From Tubulanus polymorphus (taxonomy: Eukaryota; Animalia; Nemertea), in assembly GCF_964204645.1 (NCBI RefSeq), contig NC_134025.1, positions 5,704,001-5,768,000 on the forward strand: a stretch of DNA of 64,000 bases. Direction: 5' to 3'. How positions within the stretch are numbered: the first letter of the stretch is position 1; every line of letters starts with the position of its first letter. Below, piece by piece: positions 1 through 13,300 of this stretch. The notes under the pieces were generated by a model that was given only the letters and a program-made list of their open reading frames with translations, was not told the origin of the DNA and made no database searches. Made by a program: the position numbers and the translations under genes.

Positions 1-1342
1 CAATACTTAAATAACTCTCAAGCGTTAAAATCGTCATTTAAATCTATGTTGATGAATGGGAAAATTGTATGAACAGTTATATAAAAATCTGGTCTAGACA
101 TGCTAAAAGAATGAACATGTATAGTGCCTCTGTAGGGAATCGTGCGTGCTGTTAGTTAATCTACAGATGTCTTTTAAGATAATGTTCTATTCGTAAAATT
201 GTTGTCTCATATTGATTATACATATACACGTATATGTATGTATGTATATAGGTAATGTGACAAGCTTTGTAATTTTTAAAGGTGATGTATTTGTGTAATT
301 GACTGTCCGGTGCCCGCAGTTTGTAAAGTGTATAAAAGTAATCGGTAGCTTATTTGTCTCTCATTATAATAAAAGTCAGTTATGATGTTTCATCATAACA
401 TTTTACGGTAGTTCCGCATCATTTAATTGTTTTTTCTTTAGTTATGGATAAGAATTTACTGAACCTGTGCCCGTGCTTCAATTTTTTTCCAAACGTATTT
501 GAATGAATTGGCATGAAAAATGTACATTTTTACTTCATTAGAAGGTGGTGCTGGTTCTCTACAGCATATCATCTGAGTAGAGATTATGACTCGTATCTGT
601 GTTATATCCATTGGTTTCACTAAGTGCAGTTAGAGAGAAATTGTAAGATCTTCGCCTTAGGGAGATTAGATTTATCGTGCTTATCGTATCCCCTGAATCA
701 CGGCTTGCAAATGTTTAAAAAGACCCTTCGCTGTGGTTGTGGAGTGTAGGGGCAAGCGTCACATCTAGAAAACATTGGGTTTTTCAGTCAAGGATGAAAA
801 TAGATAAGGGTTGAATTCCAATGTTTTTTTTTATTGAGGATCGAATGTAATTTAACACATGCGAGGAACCGACGGCTGTGGCCTCCAAGCACGTCAATTA
901 CGATACCATTTAACGACGAGCATGGATTGCCTACCAATTACCGATTCAGATAATTCATATCATTTAGTGTCTGGTCATGTAATTATTCTGTGTATCAAAT
1001 AAATATCAAATAGATATATCAATTATTCCAGAGTCCAATCCACCCTTAACTTCGTCTAGGAACCACTTATCTTTGGAAGAATTTTAATTTCTTTATTGAA
1101 AGGTGATCATCATTTTTCGTCGGTCGTACTCAACACTCACTGTTCTAAGGTGTTCGTAAAAAACGGTATCAAATCATTTACTTAAAGATTTAACACCATA
1201 TGTGACTGTTGAATCATTCTTGTTTATTCTATTACTCGATCTCGTAAACTCACATTCAGCTTTATTGTTCTTTATTGTAATTGTTGTGTTAATCCTTTTT
1301 TTTGCTCTATGCAATGTTATTATAACATGTGGAGTAATTAAC

Positions 1343-1372
1343 TAAACTGAAACTAAAACTGAAACTGAAACT
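1343..1372. repeat. short (AAACTG)n-like tandem repeat
   Basis: ctaaactgaaactaaaactgaaactgaaact. Confidence 0.6.
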
Positions 1373-1633
1373 ATAGTCTCAGCTAAGTAAGTTGAACTTG
1401 AACTAGTGGTGATCTTGGTATTTACCGTTAATTCGTCTTTAATGCGAAGAACATTTTATTTATTTACGGACATGGCTGTTGCCGTTTATATAATTCGTAA
1501 ATAGGACAGGCGTTGAATGACACGACTGGCCAATCACGTTGTGGCATGTCAACCGGCCAGTAAAAATTTTACGTTGATAACAGTACTATTCAGGACGGCA
1601 CTGTGCGCGTTAGACGTTTGGTAGATACTCTTT

Positions 1634-4600
1634 ATGGATATCAAAACAAGCAAGATCCAGGAATCGATGGAAGGATACATCGAACTTGATTTAACATCAT
1701 GTACGAAAGAGTGAGTATACATGTGTTTTCTTTTTTATCGCGATTGATTGGATAAAACATTTGGCGTTAGTTTTTCATACTAATTAATAATTCAATGAAT
1801 TTACTCTTGTTTGCAGGCAAATTCGTGATCAATTTGAAACAATTTACCGAACGAATGAAATTCTGTTTTCTTCGCTGAAAGGTTAGTTCTGTACTGATTT
1901 CGATATATTAGTGACGATTGGAAGGAATTTTGACAGCCAAACCGAATCTAATGTGCGGGGGCCTTTTTGTCACGTTCACTAGTTTCTTAGATTTTGCTAA
2001 GATCTGATCTGTTTTCAATAACCCTCGATCGCTCAGCCGACGAGGGAACAAAGGTTATTTAGATATTAAACTTCACTGACAATAACACAGCCTACCTATA
2101 CAAGACAACGATTATAGATTATAGAACTAAAGGTCAGTGCCCAGTGTGACGTCAACATTTTAGTATTATTCAATGCTAATTCTACGGTTTTGCTTCCCCT
2201 AGGACACATGCAAAGAAATTTGTGATGTTATCAATAATAGAAATATTTTCTTGTAAATTGCAGATGAATCGGTTTACTATAAAATGCCAGACCGGCTAAG
2301 ATTGCCTCTAATTTTCTATTTTGGCCATACTGCTTCAGTTTACATTAATAAACTAATGCTGGCTGGGATGATTAAGGTAATTGTGTATAATTATCGTAAA
2401 TACTGCAATTTTTAACCTTAACGATTTAGATGCGTCTATATTATGTCTATATTTTGTCTATATTATTGTACTGGACCCAGTTCCACAGTTCAGTGTTAAG
2501 ATTTCTCTTTGAAAATGAACTAATCTTAACTCAGAGTTAACTCTAACTCACAACTGTGGAACTGGATCCTGAATTGTATTTGTATACTGTACTTAGTACA
2601 AAGTTACAATATAAATGAAAATGAAATGAATGAATGTAATTCAGTAAAATATTCGTATTACGTATTGTATTCATTATCATTATCGCGGAAATTCAGGAGC
2701 GAGTGAATTTAGGATTCGAGACATTATTTGAAACCGGTGTCGATGAATTCAGCTGGGATGACCTAGTAAGTGCTATTCGTGACTCGAAGATTTTTTCCGT
2801 CGCTTTCCCCATTCAGCCCAACAAAACGAGAGCGTAATTGAGTACAAAACAACATTATTTGTTCATTGTGTAGGAGACATACAGATTTGGCGGAAATTTC
2901 GTCTGGCCAACACCAACCGAAGTTAGTGAATATCGCCGAAAAGTGAAAGAAGTCATACTAAAATGTATTGAAGAAACGCCGTTGAGCCTTCCAATTGACG
3001 AAGACAGTCCATGGGTAAGAATGAATGAATGCACTCGTTCATTTTCCGAAAAAAAATCAAAACAGGTTTTTTGAAAATGAATAAGATAGTTGGTGAAACA
3101 TGTTTTAGGGAAAGCCTTAGGAAATTAATAAATGTTTGTAAATGTGGATAAATGTGTATTTGTGGTTTTTCATCTATAGGCGTGAAAATGATATACATTA
3201 GTAAGAGAACCTTAATGAATATTTTATAAAAATCTGAACATGGAGATCATAAAAAAATGCGAGATAAAATGGATCGTCTTCCTGTCATGGAACGTTAAAT
3301 GACGTGCTTTTGTGTAAAACTATATTTGTCTTTATATAACGTCCTGACAATGGTCTATATTTCAGTGGGCAGTGATGATGGGTATAAGCCACGAGTGTAT
3401 CCATATTGAAACATCGTCCGTACTTATACGCCTGTTGCCCGTAGGATCAGTCAAGAACGTAGGGCTATGCTATGGACCTGTGAAATCTGGTAACTAATTA
3501 GCTGACATTTAAACTGTTTTTGCGTCACCATCAGCCAATCGAATTTACGACTATTTCTTACCATCGACTTTGAAAACAAGTCACTCGTGAGTTCCCCTCA
3601 GTGCAAATCGAAGCTAAACGTGATTTTTCAGGTACACCTGTTATAGAAAACTCGATGGTTAAATGTAACGCCACAGATGTCACGTATGGTAGACCTGACA
3701 ACTGTCCAAAATATGACTGGGATTGTTCATATGGTGGTAGGACCTGTAGGTATGGGTCTGAATCACTGAGTCATGGTTGTGTACTGACCTATGATTATAT
3801 ATACATTTATTAACTACGGCTTGTCTCCTAATTGGAGTAATAGCCCAACCATCTTTGTCGACAAATGATAAGACAATTTTTAGATTAATTTGGAGAATAA
3901 TTACCCAGAAAGAAAAATTCAGTGCCTGCCAGGATTTAGTTACCATACGGTATGAAATACAGTCTTACTATGACATTAGATACTGGTCAATTACTGAGAT
4001 GTAAAACCCTAAGACTTTCTCGTGAGGGTTTTTTCCAGTGGCGTCTCCACTCAAAACTAGTGTACTGCGGATTTTAGACACTAAAGTTTCTTTCAGTATC
4101 CCTAAGCGTACAAACCATCCTACATTGTAAATAGAAAACGATACCATTATTTCAGGGTGGAAGCCTTCGAAGCAAGCCAGTACCTAATTACGAATAGACA
4201 GTTTTTGGAATTCGTTGAAGACAAAGGCTACGAAAAGAAGCAATATTGGACCGAAGAAGGTTGGCAATGGCGCCAGTACCGAAACGCCATTCACCCAACA
4301 TTTTGGATCTGTGATAAAGGTGAGACATAAACATCTCGATTACGTTTCTCAGTTTTTGTGGCATAATTTTTGCTGGAGAAGAAAATAATGTCTTCAAAAA
4401 ATATCTTTGGCGGCCCTTAGACGTTTCACCACTATCACACCACTGTAAGCTTTGTTCTATACGTATTGTAGTTAATGGCGTCTTTATTTCATTTTCTCGC
4501 ACCAGGTTGTAAAAATGGAAGTGGAGGTGATTTAGCAAATAAGACGCGGTGTGTTGCAAATGACATAATCACTGAAGTCGAACCAAAATATAAGTAAGCA

Positions 4601-7600
4601 TCTTCCTTTTGTTTTGGCCGATCGTTAGATCGTTGAAACGATCACTTGTGTATTGCATATACTTAATTAACTCAACTACAAAGTAAATACTCAGAACGAA
4701 AAGTTCGAACATTTCTCCATTTATGCGTGGTTTTGATTCTGTCCACACACAAATATGTATAATGATGGTATTGATAAGTTTTATTGCACTAGATAATGAC
4801 TACATAAATTACTTTGACACCATTGACGCTTTGACCGGGTAAGCATAAGTCGAACATAGGTCAGCTTCATAGTTCATGGTGACTATCAAGCTTCATAGGC
4901 TACGGTGACTATCAGACTGATAGATTTCCAAATACGTAGAACGAAAAAGAATCACTAGACGCGCCTACATAAAATGTCGCAGAAAAAAATACCTATATGT
5001 TTTTATTGAATGCATGTGAAAAGTTACAATCACCCTTTTCTACTTTTCTATACCCATCTTTTCACATTTACGTTAAACTTCTGTTTATGTGGCTACGAGT
5101 CTGATGTGATCCTGAACTCTTTCGTTTTACTGAATTTAGATTACGGTTAATGTTTGATGAAATTGCGCTACCACTTGATTGGCCGGTTGAGGTGAATTAT
5201 CATGAAGCTAAAGCATTCTGTAAGTGGAAAGGCCCGGAATATCGTCTACCGATTGAAGCAGAACGACACGTCATGATTGGGGAAAAGGTGAAAATCAATG
5301 AATGTCGATGATACCCTGTATCGAATATGATAGCCGTGAATGCAATATATCATCTCTAGATTGACTGGTTAGGCATTCTTATAAACATTTATGATTATAA
5401 ATTTCAGCCTGTGACAGATGAAGTACAGTTTCATCAGCAGATTAAAGCCAATGTTAACCTGAAACATGGATCCCCAACGGTTAGTCTTCATTATATACAG
5501 CGGCGTATTCCCCAGTTGACAAGTGGTACTGCCCGGGCGATGATTAAAGGGGTCTTGGAAAGATTTTGAAAAAAAACTGATACAATTACAGAAGCGTCTT
5601 TTAGCCTAACGCACACGGCGCAGGGAAGCACGAAACAGGAGACAGAAACATGTTTCCGAGCCTTTCCCTATGTCGTGTGCGGTTACAAGACGCGTGAAAC
5701 ATGATTTCGGGAACAAGGTTTCCGAGATTAAACATGATTGTTTCTATGTTTCCCGGTTTCCCTGCATCGTGTGCGTTGCGCTTTACGACTGGGCTGTCCA
5801 CCGCTAATAAAACCGAAAAGGTCTTTTTCTGATAGACATTCGAAAAAAAGATGTTTTCTTTTTTGTCCTCGAGTATATCTTCATGAATTCGAAATATTCG
5901 GCAGATGTCAGTACAAATGTCTGTTGTCGATTCAAATAAACTGAATATAGGCTATCGTACTACGTAATTTGATGTTTAGCCTCTATTTTCAAGACTGGCC
6001 TTTTATCATTAGCAAAATTCATTTCCTGAAAAATTGTTTATATTGACTTTCGTATTATAATGATTTTACGTGATTGTCACGTTATTTCATCTTGTAGCCA
6101 GTGAATATGTACCCGCCTAGTTCTCGAGGGTTTTACGATTTGTATGGTAACGTATGGGAATGGCACGAGGATAGTTTTAACGGTTATCCGGGATTCAAAA
6201 CGCAATACCTTTACGACGATTACTCGTCTCCTTGTTTCGATGGTAAACATAACGTCATCAGGGTAAGCTTTAGAAAAATACTTTTTCACACATCTAGTAT
6301 ACGAACTAGTTTGAAGAGTGACCTTTTCATTTCGTAGGGCGGTAGCTGGATATCCTTAGTTGATCAGGGTGGACAATATTGCCGCAATGGATTCAGAAGA
6401 CACTTTTTTCAGCATGCCGGATTCCGAGTGGTCAGAAATGTCGACACCGCTCCTGTTGATCTACCAGTCGTCTTAGTAGAATCTCCTATTGCATCTGCAG
6501 CTGGTAATTAATCATAATCTATTTGAACGCGACACTTTTTTTCGTGCAGTTTGAAAATGCATTCGATTTGAAAATATTTCAGATAATTTGTCGGCCGCAA
6601 ATCTTGATCGAAACCGCTACAGATATAAAATGGTAAAATCGGCCAACAGACAACTTCGCTTAGAAACCGACGACGAAAGATTCAAGGCAATCTTAGAAAA
6701 TGAATACTTGGGTGACGAAATGCCGAAAGCGGTAGAAATTGTCAACACAGTGATTGACACCGCTGAAATGAACGGACGAATTGAAAGGGCACTTTTTGTT
6801 GGGTGCGAGACCGGTCGTGGAGCTTTCCATCTGGCAAAATATTGTGATGAGGTATGAATTATTTGACTTAAATTTGTAAATAAATCAATATCCCTCAATC
6901 CACTGAAATCACCGCCCCCATGATTTGAATATTCTTCATAATTAGAAATGAATCAATGACAGTTGATTTCTCGATGTTTTTCATATTCAAGTTTTTAACT
7001 TTTTTGAATTTTAGATTATTGCTGTAGATTACTGCGCCCGATATGTGAATACAGCACAGACAATTCAGACTGATGGCAGACTTGTCTCTACTTGTGATAT
7101 GCCAGAAATATATTTCCCAGAGGCGACTGAAACACAGGACAATCTATTATTCAAACAGGTATGTATGACTGCTTTACTCTTTCTAGACTCAAAAGAAGTA
7201 ACAGTTTGCTACTGCTGTTATTTCTTCTATTTTGCTGTTATTTTCAATCATGTTTGGACCTACAGTACGTTTTACTTTATATATATTTGCTTTGTTTTGC
7301 TTTGCTTATAGTTTCACTGGTTACCAAACGAAGTCGGTTCATTTCAATTGGTCATTTTATGCGGTATTGACAGATTAACAACACCAAAAGGTAACCATTA
7401 AAGCCCTTTCTCTTTTATATATATGTCCCGTTTTCATTAAAACTAACCTGATCAATTATTGTCTGAAATTCATGAAATGATTTTCTCCCCTAGTAGATTA
7501 CTTTGTTTTTGTATTGTGTGAAATTAAAACCAGCATTCAATTCAACAATCTCTAGATTTTTTGCTTGATATGTTTTTTTTTGTTTTACAGCATGGATGGC

Positions 7601-7860
7601 TAGATTCAATGAAATTATTGAGTGTGGTGGTTTCCTAGCTGTTTCATTGGACAAAAACGCGAAGTTCGCACCAGAATTATTGTCGTCATATTTACAAAGA
7701 TCAACAAGGTACGTAGTATTATATGAATTATAGAAAAATCATTTTGCAAATGATGCAATTTACTTTGGACAATGTTTTGACAATTTTTCATTCTTTTTTG
7801 CAGTTTTCAACGATACCAATGCAGCCATGAAAGATTGTTTATGTGGCAGAAGATCAAGTA
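1634..7860 (+). CDS. ovoA: OvoA-family 5-histidylcysteine sulfoxide synthase (DinB-like + FGE-sulfatase + C-terminal SAM methyltransferase-like domain), ~18 exons, divergent
   Basis: Hand-spliced exons (approx. 1634-1710, 1817-1881, 2264-2376, 2697-2765, 2874-3014, 3366-3489, 3632-3749, 4156-4319, 4507-4592, 5140-5287, 5408-5479, 6098-6262, 6338-6504, 6583-6852, 7015-7158, 7312-7390, 7591-7708, 7804-7860) translate to PDRLRLPLIFYFGHTA, ETGVDEFSWDD, HECIHIETSSVLIR, LPLDWPVEVNYHEAKAFC, GNVWEW, LYDDYSSPCFDGKHN, GGSWIS, FRRHFFQHAGFR, RALFVGCETGR and WLPNEVG, all typical of metazoan OvoA. Confidence 0.93.
2471..2571. mobile_element. ~100-bp MITE-like element in ovoA intron 3
   Basis: Terminal inverted repeats GGACCCAGTTCCACAGTT / AACTGTGGAACTGGATCC (17/18 match); a similar left end GGGACCCAGTTTCA occurs at ~37238. 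Confidence 0.6.
5603..5782. mobile_element. PIF/Harbinger (Tourist-like) MITE in an ovoA intron
   Basis: Left end AGCCTAACGCACACGGCGCAGGGAAGC pairs with right end GTTTCCCTGCATCGTGTGCGTTGCGCT; TTT/TTA flanks; internally palindromic and non-coding. Superfamily assignment is an inference. Confidence 0.65.
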
Positions 7861-8418
7861 AATTATCTTTGTCGCATTTTGTTGGCAGACGGATTTTTGC
7901 AATATATTCTACATTCGTCTTACAAATGAAAATACATTAAAATGTGTAATAACTACAATGTAGTATTATGAGTTGTTTTAAGTTGTGGTAATATGCTGTC
8001 GCTGTTATTTTCACAAATAGTTATTCTTTTGTTTAACATCTTTGAACTGATGCTAACACAAGTCATTTCCTTTATGATACGAATGACAGACACAATAAAC
8101 GCAAATTTGAATATATATACGACAATCGTAATCTCAGGGTCTAGTTGTTCATTTTTTGTACATGTTGAAAAAGTCTTGGAAGTGGTGAAAATCATTTCCA
8201 TTTAATGATTCAAAAGAAGCTAAAAAAAATTGTGTACTGCACAAAAAGTCCTGACTAACGCATTCTATAAAACTCAGTTGACAGGAACAAGCGTAAAATA
8301 TTCAAAATTTTAGGTCATTCTGTTTCGTTCGTCTATTCACTAGTTTTAATGATTTGAATGGCTTTTGGGGAAGCCCTGTTTTCAACGAATTCGTTTCACA
8401 ATCGACTGCAGACGAATC

Positions 8419-9499
8419 ATGGATTTAACTTCAAGATTTGTTTTATATATTCATCATCTATTTGTTTGGGCTTTCTGTTCCTACTGTTTTGGAGGTACGA
8501 ATTGCGAGTATATTTTGAGTTCTTTTCAACTTATACCGTGGTCAAGGAACGTGATAGATATTGGATTCTTTTTTGTTAAATGATGGGATCATTTGCATAT
8601 CGTTTAGAAATAACAACTCCGCAACAAGCGATGCTTTCTATTCAACCGGAAATGATATCTGTTACTCGAGGGGGTCAGTTCCAGTTAAACTGTACACGTC
8701 ACAGTACATACAGCAGCAGTACCACATTCATTTGGTGGCTAGGTGAAACCATGCTTGCATCGGGAAACCGTTCTCAATATCCGGAAGTGTCTGTCCATCT
8801 CGGACGTCAACAGTCCCGCATCACAGTCGAACCAGTCGGTTTCAACCATTCAGGTCATTACAGCTGTGGCTATGGTCATCTGCAGACTTCTGGAAACACG
8901 GCGATAGTACGAGTATTCGGTAATATACATAAATAGAATATTGCGTCGTTAAAATATCTATTACAAAATAACCCTTAGGTAACGTGTAAGCTTTCATCAG
9001 CCCTGCCTTGTGATTAAATTATTTTCATATTAAATGTAATTTTTTCTATACTTAGATTCGTGTACAAGTGATAAGGCCTATAACTATATCAATACAACAT
9101 ATCTTTTTCAACTCGGTACGTAATAAGCATTTCTATATTGCGACTTTTCTATTACACAAATACTGGATTTAATCATCACTTTTAGAGAAAAGCTTAGAAA
9201 AGCAGAAAATTGCTACTATTTTTCTGGGTGTCTGGAGTGGTATTTCAGTTGTGGGTATGATCGTCTCATTTTTTATTGGATACGGGAAGGGAAGGTAAGC
9301 ACCCAATCGTAGCAATTAGCAAATTAATTAAAAAGTAGAAGCTCGAAGATAATGTGGTTATTTGTGGTTGTGATTTTTTGTACGTTTTAGAAGAATCGTC
9401 TCAGTCAACATGGGTGGGGAAGAGAGATGGAGAGAAAGAGGAAGGAAGAGCCCTAGAGATCAATTAGCATCCATCATGAAAGATAACCCGATTAGATGA
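8419..9499 (+). CDS. small type-I membrane protein with one immunoglobulin domain
   Basis: Exons ~8419-8494 (signal-like MDLTSRFVLYIHHLFVWAFCSYCF), 8608-8919 (Ig fold: FQLNC...FIWW...SRITV...HSGHYSC), 9056-9114, ~9187-9293 (TM IATIFLGVWSGISVVGMIVSFFIGY), 9391-9499 (basic tail, stop TGA). Confidence 0.75.
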
Positions 9500-10306
9500 G
9501 GGTTTTCTAAATCTTAAATTGTATAGTTTTGGGATATCAAAGTCAGTAATTTCAAAAAAGAAAGGTAAAAGTAAGGAATGGATTCGATAGTTTAACTATG
9601 TAGTTGATTTTGACACTGTACTGCTTTTAGAATTTATGTACAATTTTAAACCCCAGATGTCAAATTGTTATTCGAAACAGCGAAACTCACTCAGGAACCC
9701 ATTATTAACCATTGCTAGAACCATTCGAAATCTCTCTGACCAACGATCATTGATACACGTATTATATATATCTCAATGCTTTCTTCACTTACAAGAAAAT
9801 TTTAACAAACAAAATATAATTTATTTTCATAGTTTTGAAGTCATCAGTCACATACAAAGAGAAAATTATGTTTTTCTGTCAATATGACCATCCATACCTG
9901 TTTATCATTCACTAAACCTACGACTAAATAAATCGAAACCTTCCAGATGTAAAATAAAGCGGTAATTTCTGGAATTTTACTCATAAACATGTGTTCGGTC
10001 AAGTAATCTACTCTAGTAGATCTCGGTATTTTGTATTCACAGCTATGACACAAAACACAGATGATGATCTCAGTCTCGGTTTGACAATGTGCTTAATATC
10101 TGATTTAATTATACCGAAATACACGTAAGACAATAATATAGGCGCGGTACTATACTTAGGAAACGATGGGGTTTCATTCACAACGTTTTCGCTCACTCAA
10201 AATGTGTAGAAATCCATCCTACTTATGAGTAGTTTGTGTTATTCTTCGAATAAATGCCTTCTTTTCTTCGGTTTCGTAGACATGATGACTTGTCTCGTGC
10301 AAATTT

Positions 10307-13300
10307 CTATTTCTTCTGAAAAAAGACGGCATTTTACGTGTCGTACGTTCTTCAGTTCCTAAAATATCATACGCTGTCATTAAGCGCATCACGAAGTGAC
10401 GTTTGAGAAGTTTATTAGATTCCGATTTGGTGTATTTGAATAGATTGGTTCTTCACTTGCTCCGATGAAAGCTTTATATTTTCAATCAAGAGCTAATGGA
10501 GTATTTGGTTTTAAAGTTTCACCACGTCAAATGCTGGCTTAAAACAATTACCATCACAAGTCAACAGAATGAAATTTAAAAAAATAGCTGTTCGTTTGGT
10601 TTAAAATTCTAACATGTATAACGTGTGTTCTATAAAGATGTATTTATGAACGTGGACGTGCTTACCTTGTACGGGTCTACCATTCCATCAAAATATCCCT
10701 CCTGCTCCTCTTGGGGTCGGTGTAAAGCCCGAGCCAAACGGTAAAGTCTCGTATATTCCTCCATGACGCCACGCTTCTCCGCCGCCTGGGGAGTAAACGC
10801 CCTCCAGCGGCCTTCTTGAGCATCAGGTTCAGGATAGAACGAGCCTCTCCGTTTTCTGAAACCGGGCATCGTGCTCAGCATCTGGCGCTTTTTAATCGGT
10901 ACAAAAATCCCCGGCTGTCCATTGTAAAGAAGAGGTCGCGCATTTGGTTCGTCAAGCTCGATATCTATGTCGTCATCTTCATCGTCATCGTCATCCTCTT
11001 CAGACGAACTCGAGTCATCCGCTTCCGGTATAAGTCCCATCTCACGTTCAAGTTCATATTCTACTTCGGGTGTCAACTGCTCCTCTTCAGAATTCTCGTC
11101 TTCGTCGTTGTAATCGGTTGCGATGGGGTATGGTCCTTCAGCCGAATCCTCGCCCTCGAAGTATCCATCAGCTGGCTCCGAGTAATCGGGTGCCTCATCG
11201 CTATAATCTGGTGAGGCGTTCTCTCTCAACCACTCGCGAACTCGTTCGATATCTTCATCAGAAAATGGCACGTCTCGTTTGGATCTGACGCTGTGTTTAC
11301 TCGCCGGGGCCAACATTCCAGCTTCCGTTGCAAATGTCGCCCTTTTCTGTCTTATACTGACGTTGTTGACCTGACGACGACGACGGCTGAATGGATACCT
11401 TTGGTCATATCCACTTGCGTAGTATGGTTCTAAAAATAAGAGATGTTCTTAATATACGTCTAAAAAAAGAATAAAATTTACTTCAAACGCGATGAAGCCA
11501 TGGAAAATCCCACGAGATATTTCGAGAAAAGAAAATAAAAGCGAGTACGTAAATATTCATTTTCTAAAAATATATTGTGTGCTTTTTCTGGCCTCTGCCT
11601 CTGTACTAATGAGATGACTGTGATAAAGTGGCGATATTCAAACCATAAACATTCAAAAGTTGCATCGCTATTTACGCCACATTTACGACTTCTTCATTGT
11701 CGGTATATTGAGAAATATCAGAAAATAGCCAAATAACGTTGATGTTATCGATGAATCAATTTAAGTCCCGAGTACTGTGAAACGGCATCCTGTATACACT
11801 GCGAGCACGAGTGGGCGTAATTGGATCGACGGCAACTAATCTATTCACATTTCGTTCCCGGCGTTTAAATACGGCTCTAATTTCTCGCAGCGAAACGTCT
11901 ACGCTTTTGTTTTCAATTTTTAGATTTTAAAGACAAAATGTGCCATTTTTATAGAATAATTTCTGATCTCATCTGCTCCATCGACCCGACGTTTAGTTGG
12001 CGGCGAAGACGTCTATGACGTCAAGCAAATTTATTGTATTAGTTGTATAGCAGACGGTATTTTTCATCAGTAATTCGCCATTTACGTGTTGTGAAATTGA
12101 AATAGTCAAAGCAACATCAGTTTCTGATAATATCAAGATTGATTTTCACTTAATACTAGTACTGTCATTCAGATCTACGATCCATTTCCTATAGTATAAT
12201 TCGACGGATGATTGTGCTGAGTAAACATTAAAGTACTCGTAGATGAAATTGACTTCCATTTGTAAATTAAAATCATCCACCGTATTTAATCGATATTCTA
12301 TTCACCCACACGAGTTACGCAAGGGGGAATTCGAAATATGTTTTGTTGAAATTATCATAAGCCCATGGAGAGTTTCAAAGGACCAAATCCTGTAAGCACT
12401 GTAATCTTAGGCGCATGCTACCAATCGCATTACCGTAACTGGGTTACCTTTATTCATGGAAAAATCACGTGGACTTACCATATTGTTTGGTGTCTTTATT
12501 TTCTGCCTCTTCCAGCAGTGGAAGGTACCATTCACTATCATCTACATATGGTACAATATTATCATCGCTTTCATCACTGCCGTCTAACTTACTATCAGCT
12601 ATCAGCTTCTCAATCTCTTCCGATACGTCATCATCCTCGCCATCCTTGCCGGACATCGCGTTCTTAATGGCTTTAACCTTTTCTTCAAGAGCACTTACTT
12701 TACCGCCGGATTTCTCATCGCTTTCGTCTTCAGTAGAATCTTCATTTGAGGCATCATCATTTTTTACTAATTCGGTAAGTTGTTTTTCACTCTCTTGATT
12801 CAGCAGTTTGTTAATCATGCCTTCTTGGAATATACCCTGTTCACCATTCACTACTTCATCCTCTTTTTCTTCGTTGGATTTATCATTGTTAGTATCATCC
12901 GCACTGGCGGCTTCGATTTTCTCTATAATCTCTTTCTCTCGACTTGCCTCCGAGGAATCGTCATTCCGGGTACCAGGGGCATCAGTTGGCAAGGATTTTA
13001 TCTCCACGTGGACGTTTGCATTTTCATCGTTATTGCTCTTCTTCTCGGCTTTCTCTGAAATACACGAAAATGAATTCTGTAAACAAGAGCTTGTACGGGG
13101 TAATACGCAGGGGGATTACACACCCACATATAACCCTTGCTAAATAGGCATTAGACTAGATGTTTAGTCAGTAAATGTTGGCGGGTACGTCACGAGTATT
13201 TTACTTCAAACGAACAAAACACTTTCAGATAGATAGAATAAACACCAATCTACAGTCTATTTCATCAAGGAACATCATAATTGCAACTCAATAGGTTACT

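Noticed and set aside
1634-7860. Recent horizontal transfer or selenocysteine recoding of ovoA
   Set aside because: About 17 spliceosomal introns, and OvoA is known to be widespread in marine invertebrates; no in-frame TGA was found in the reconstructed exons.
10816-13147. Plus-strand hydrophobic or Ser-rich ORFs
   Set aside because: Antisense shadows of the D/E-rich prohormone exons.
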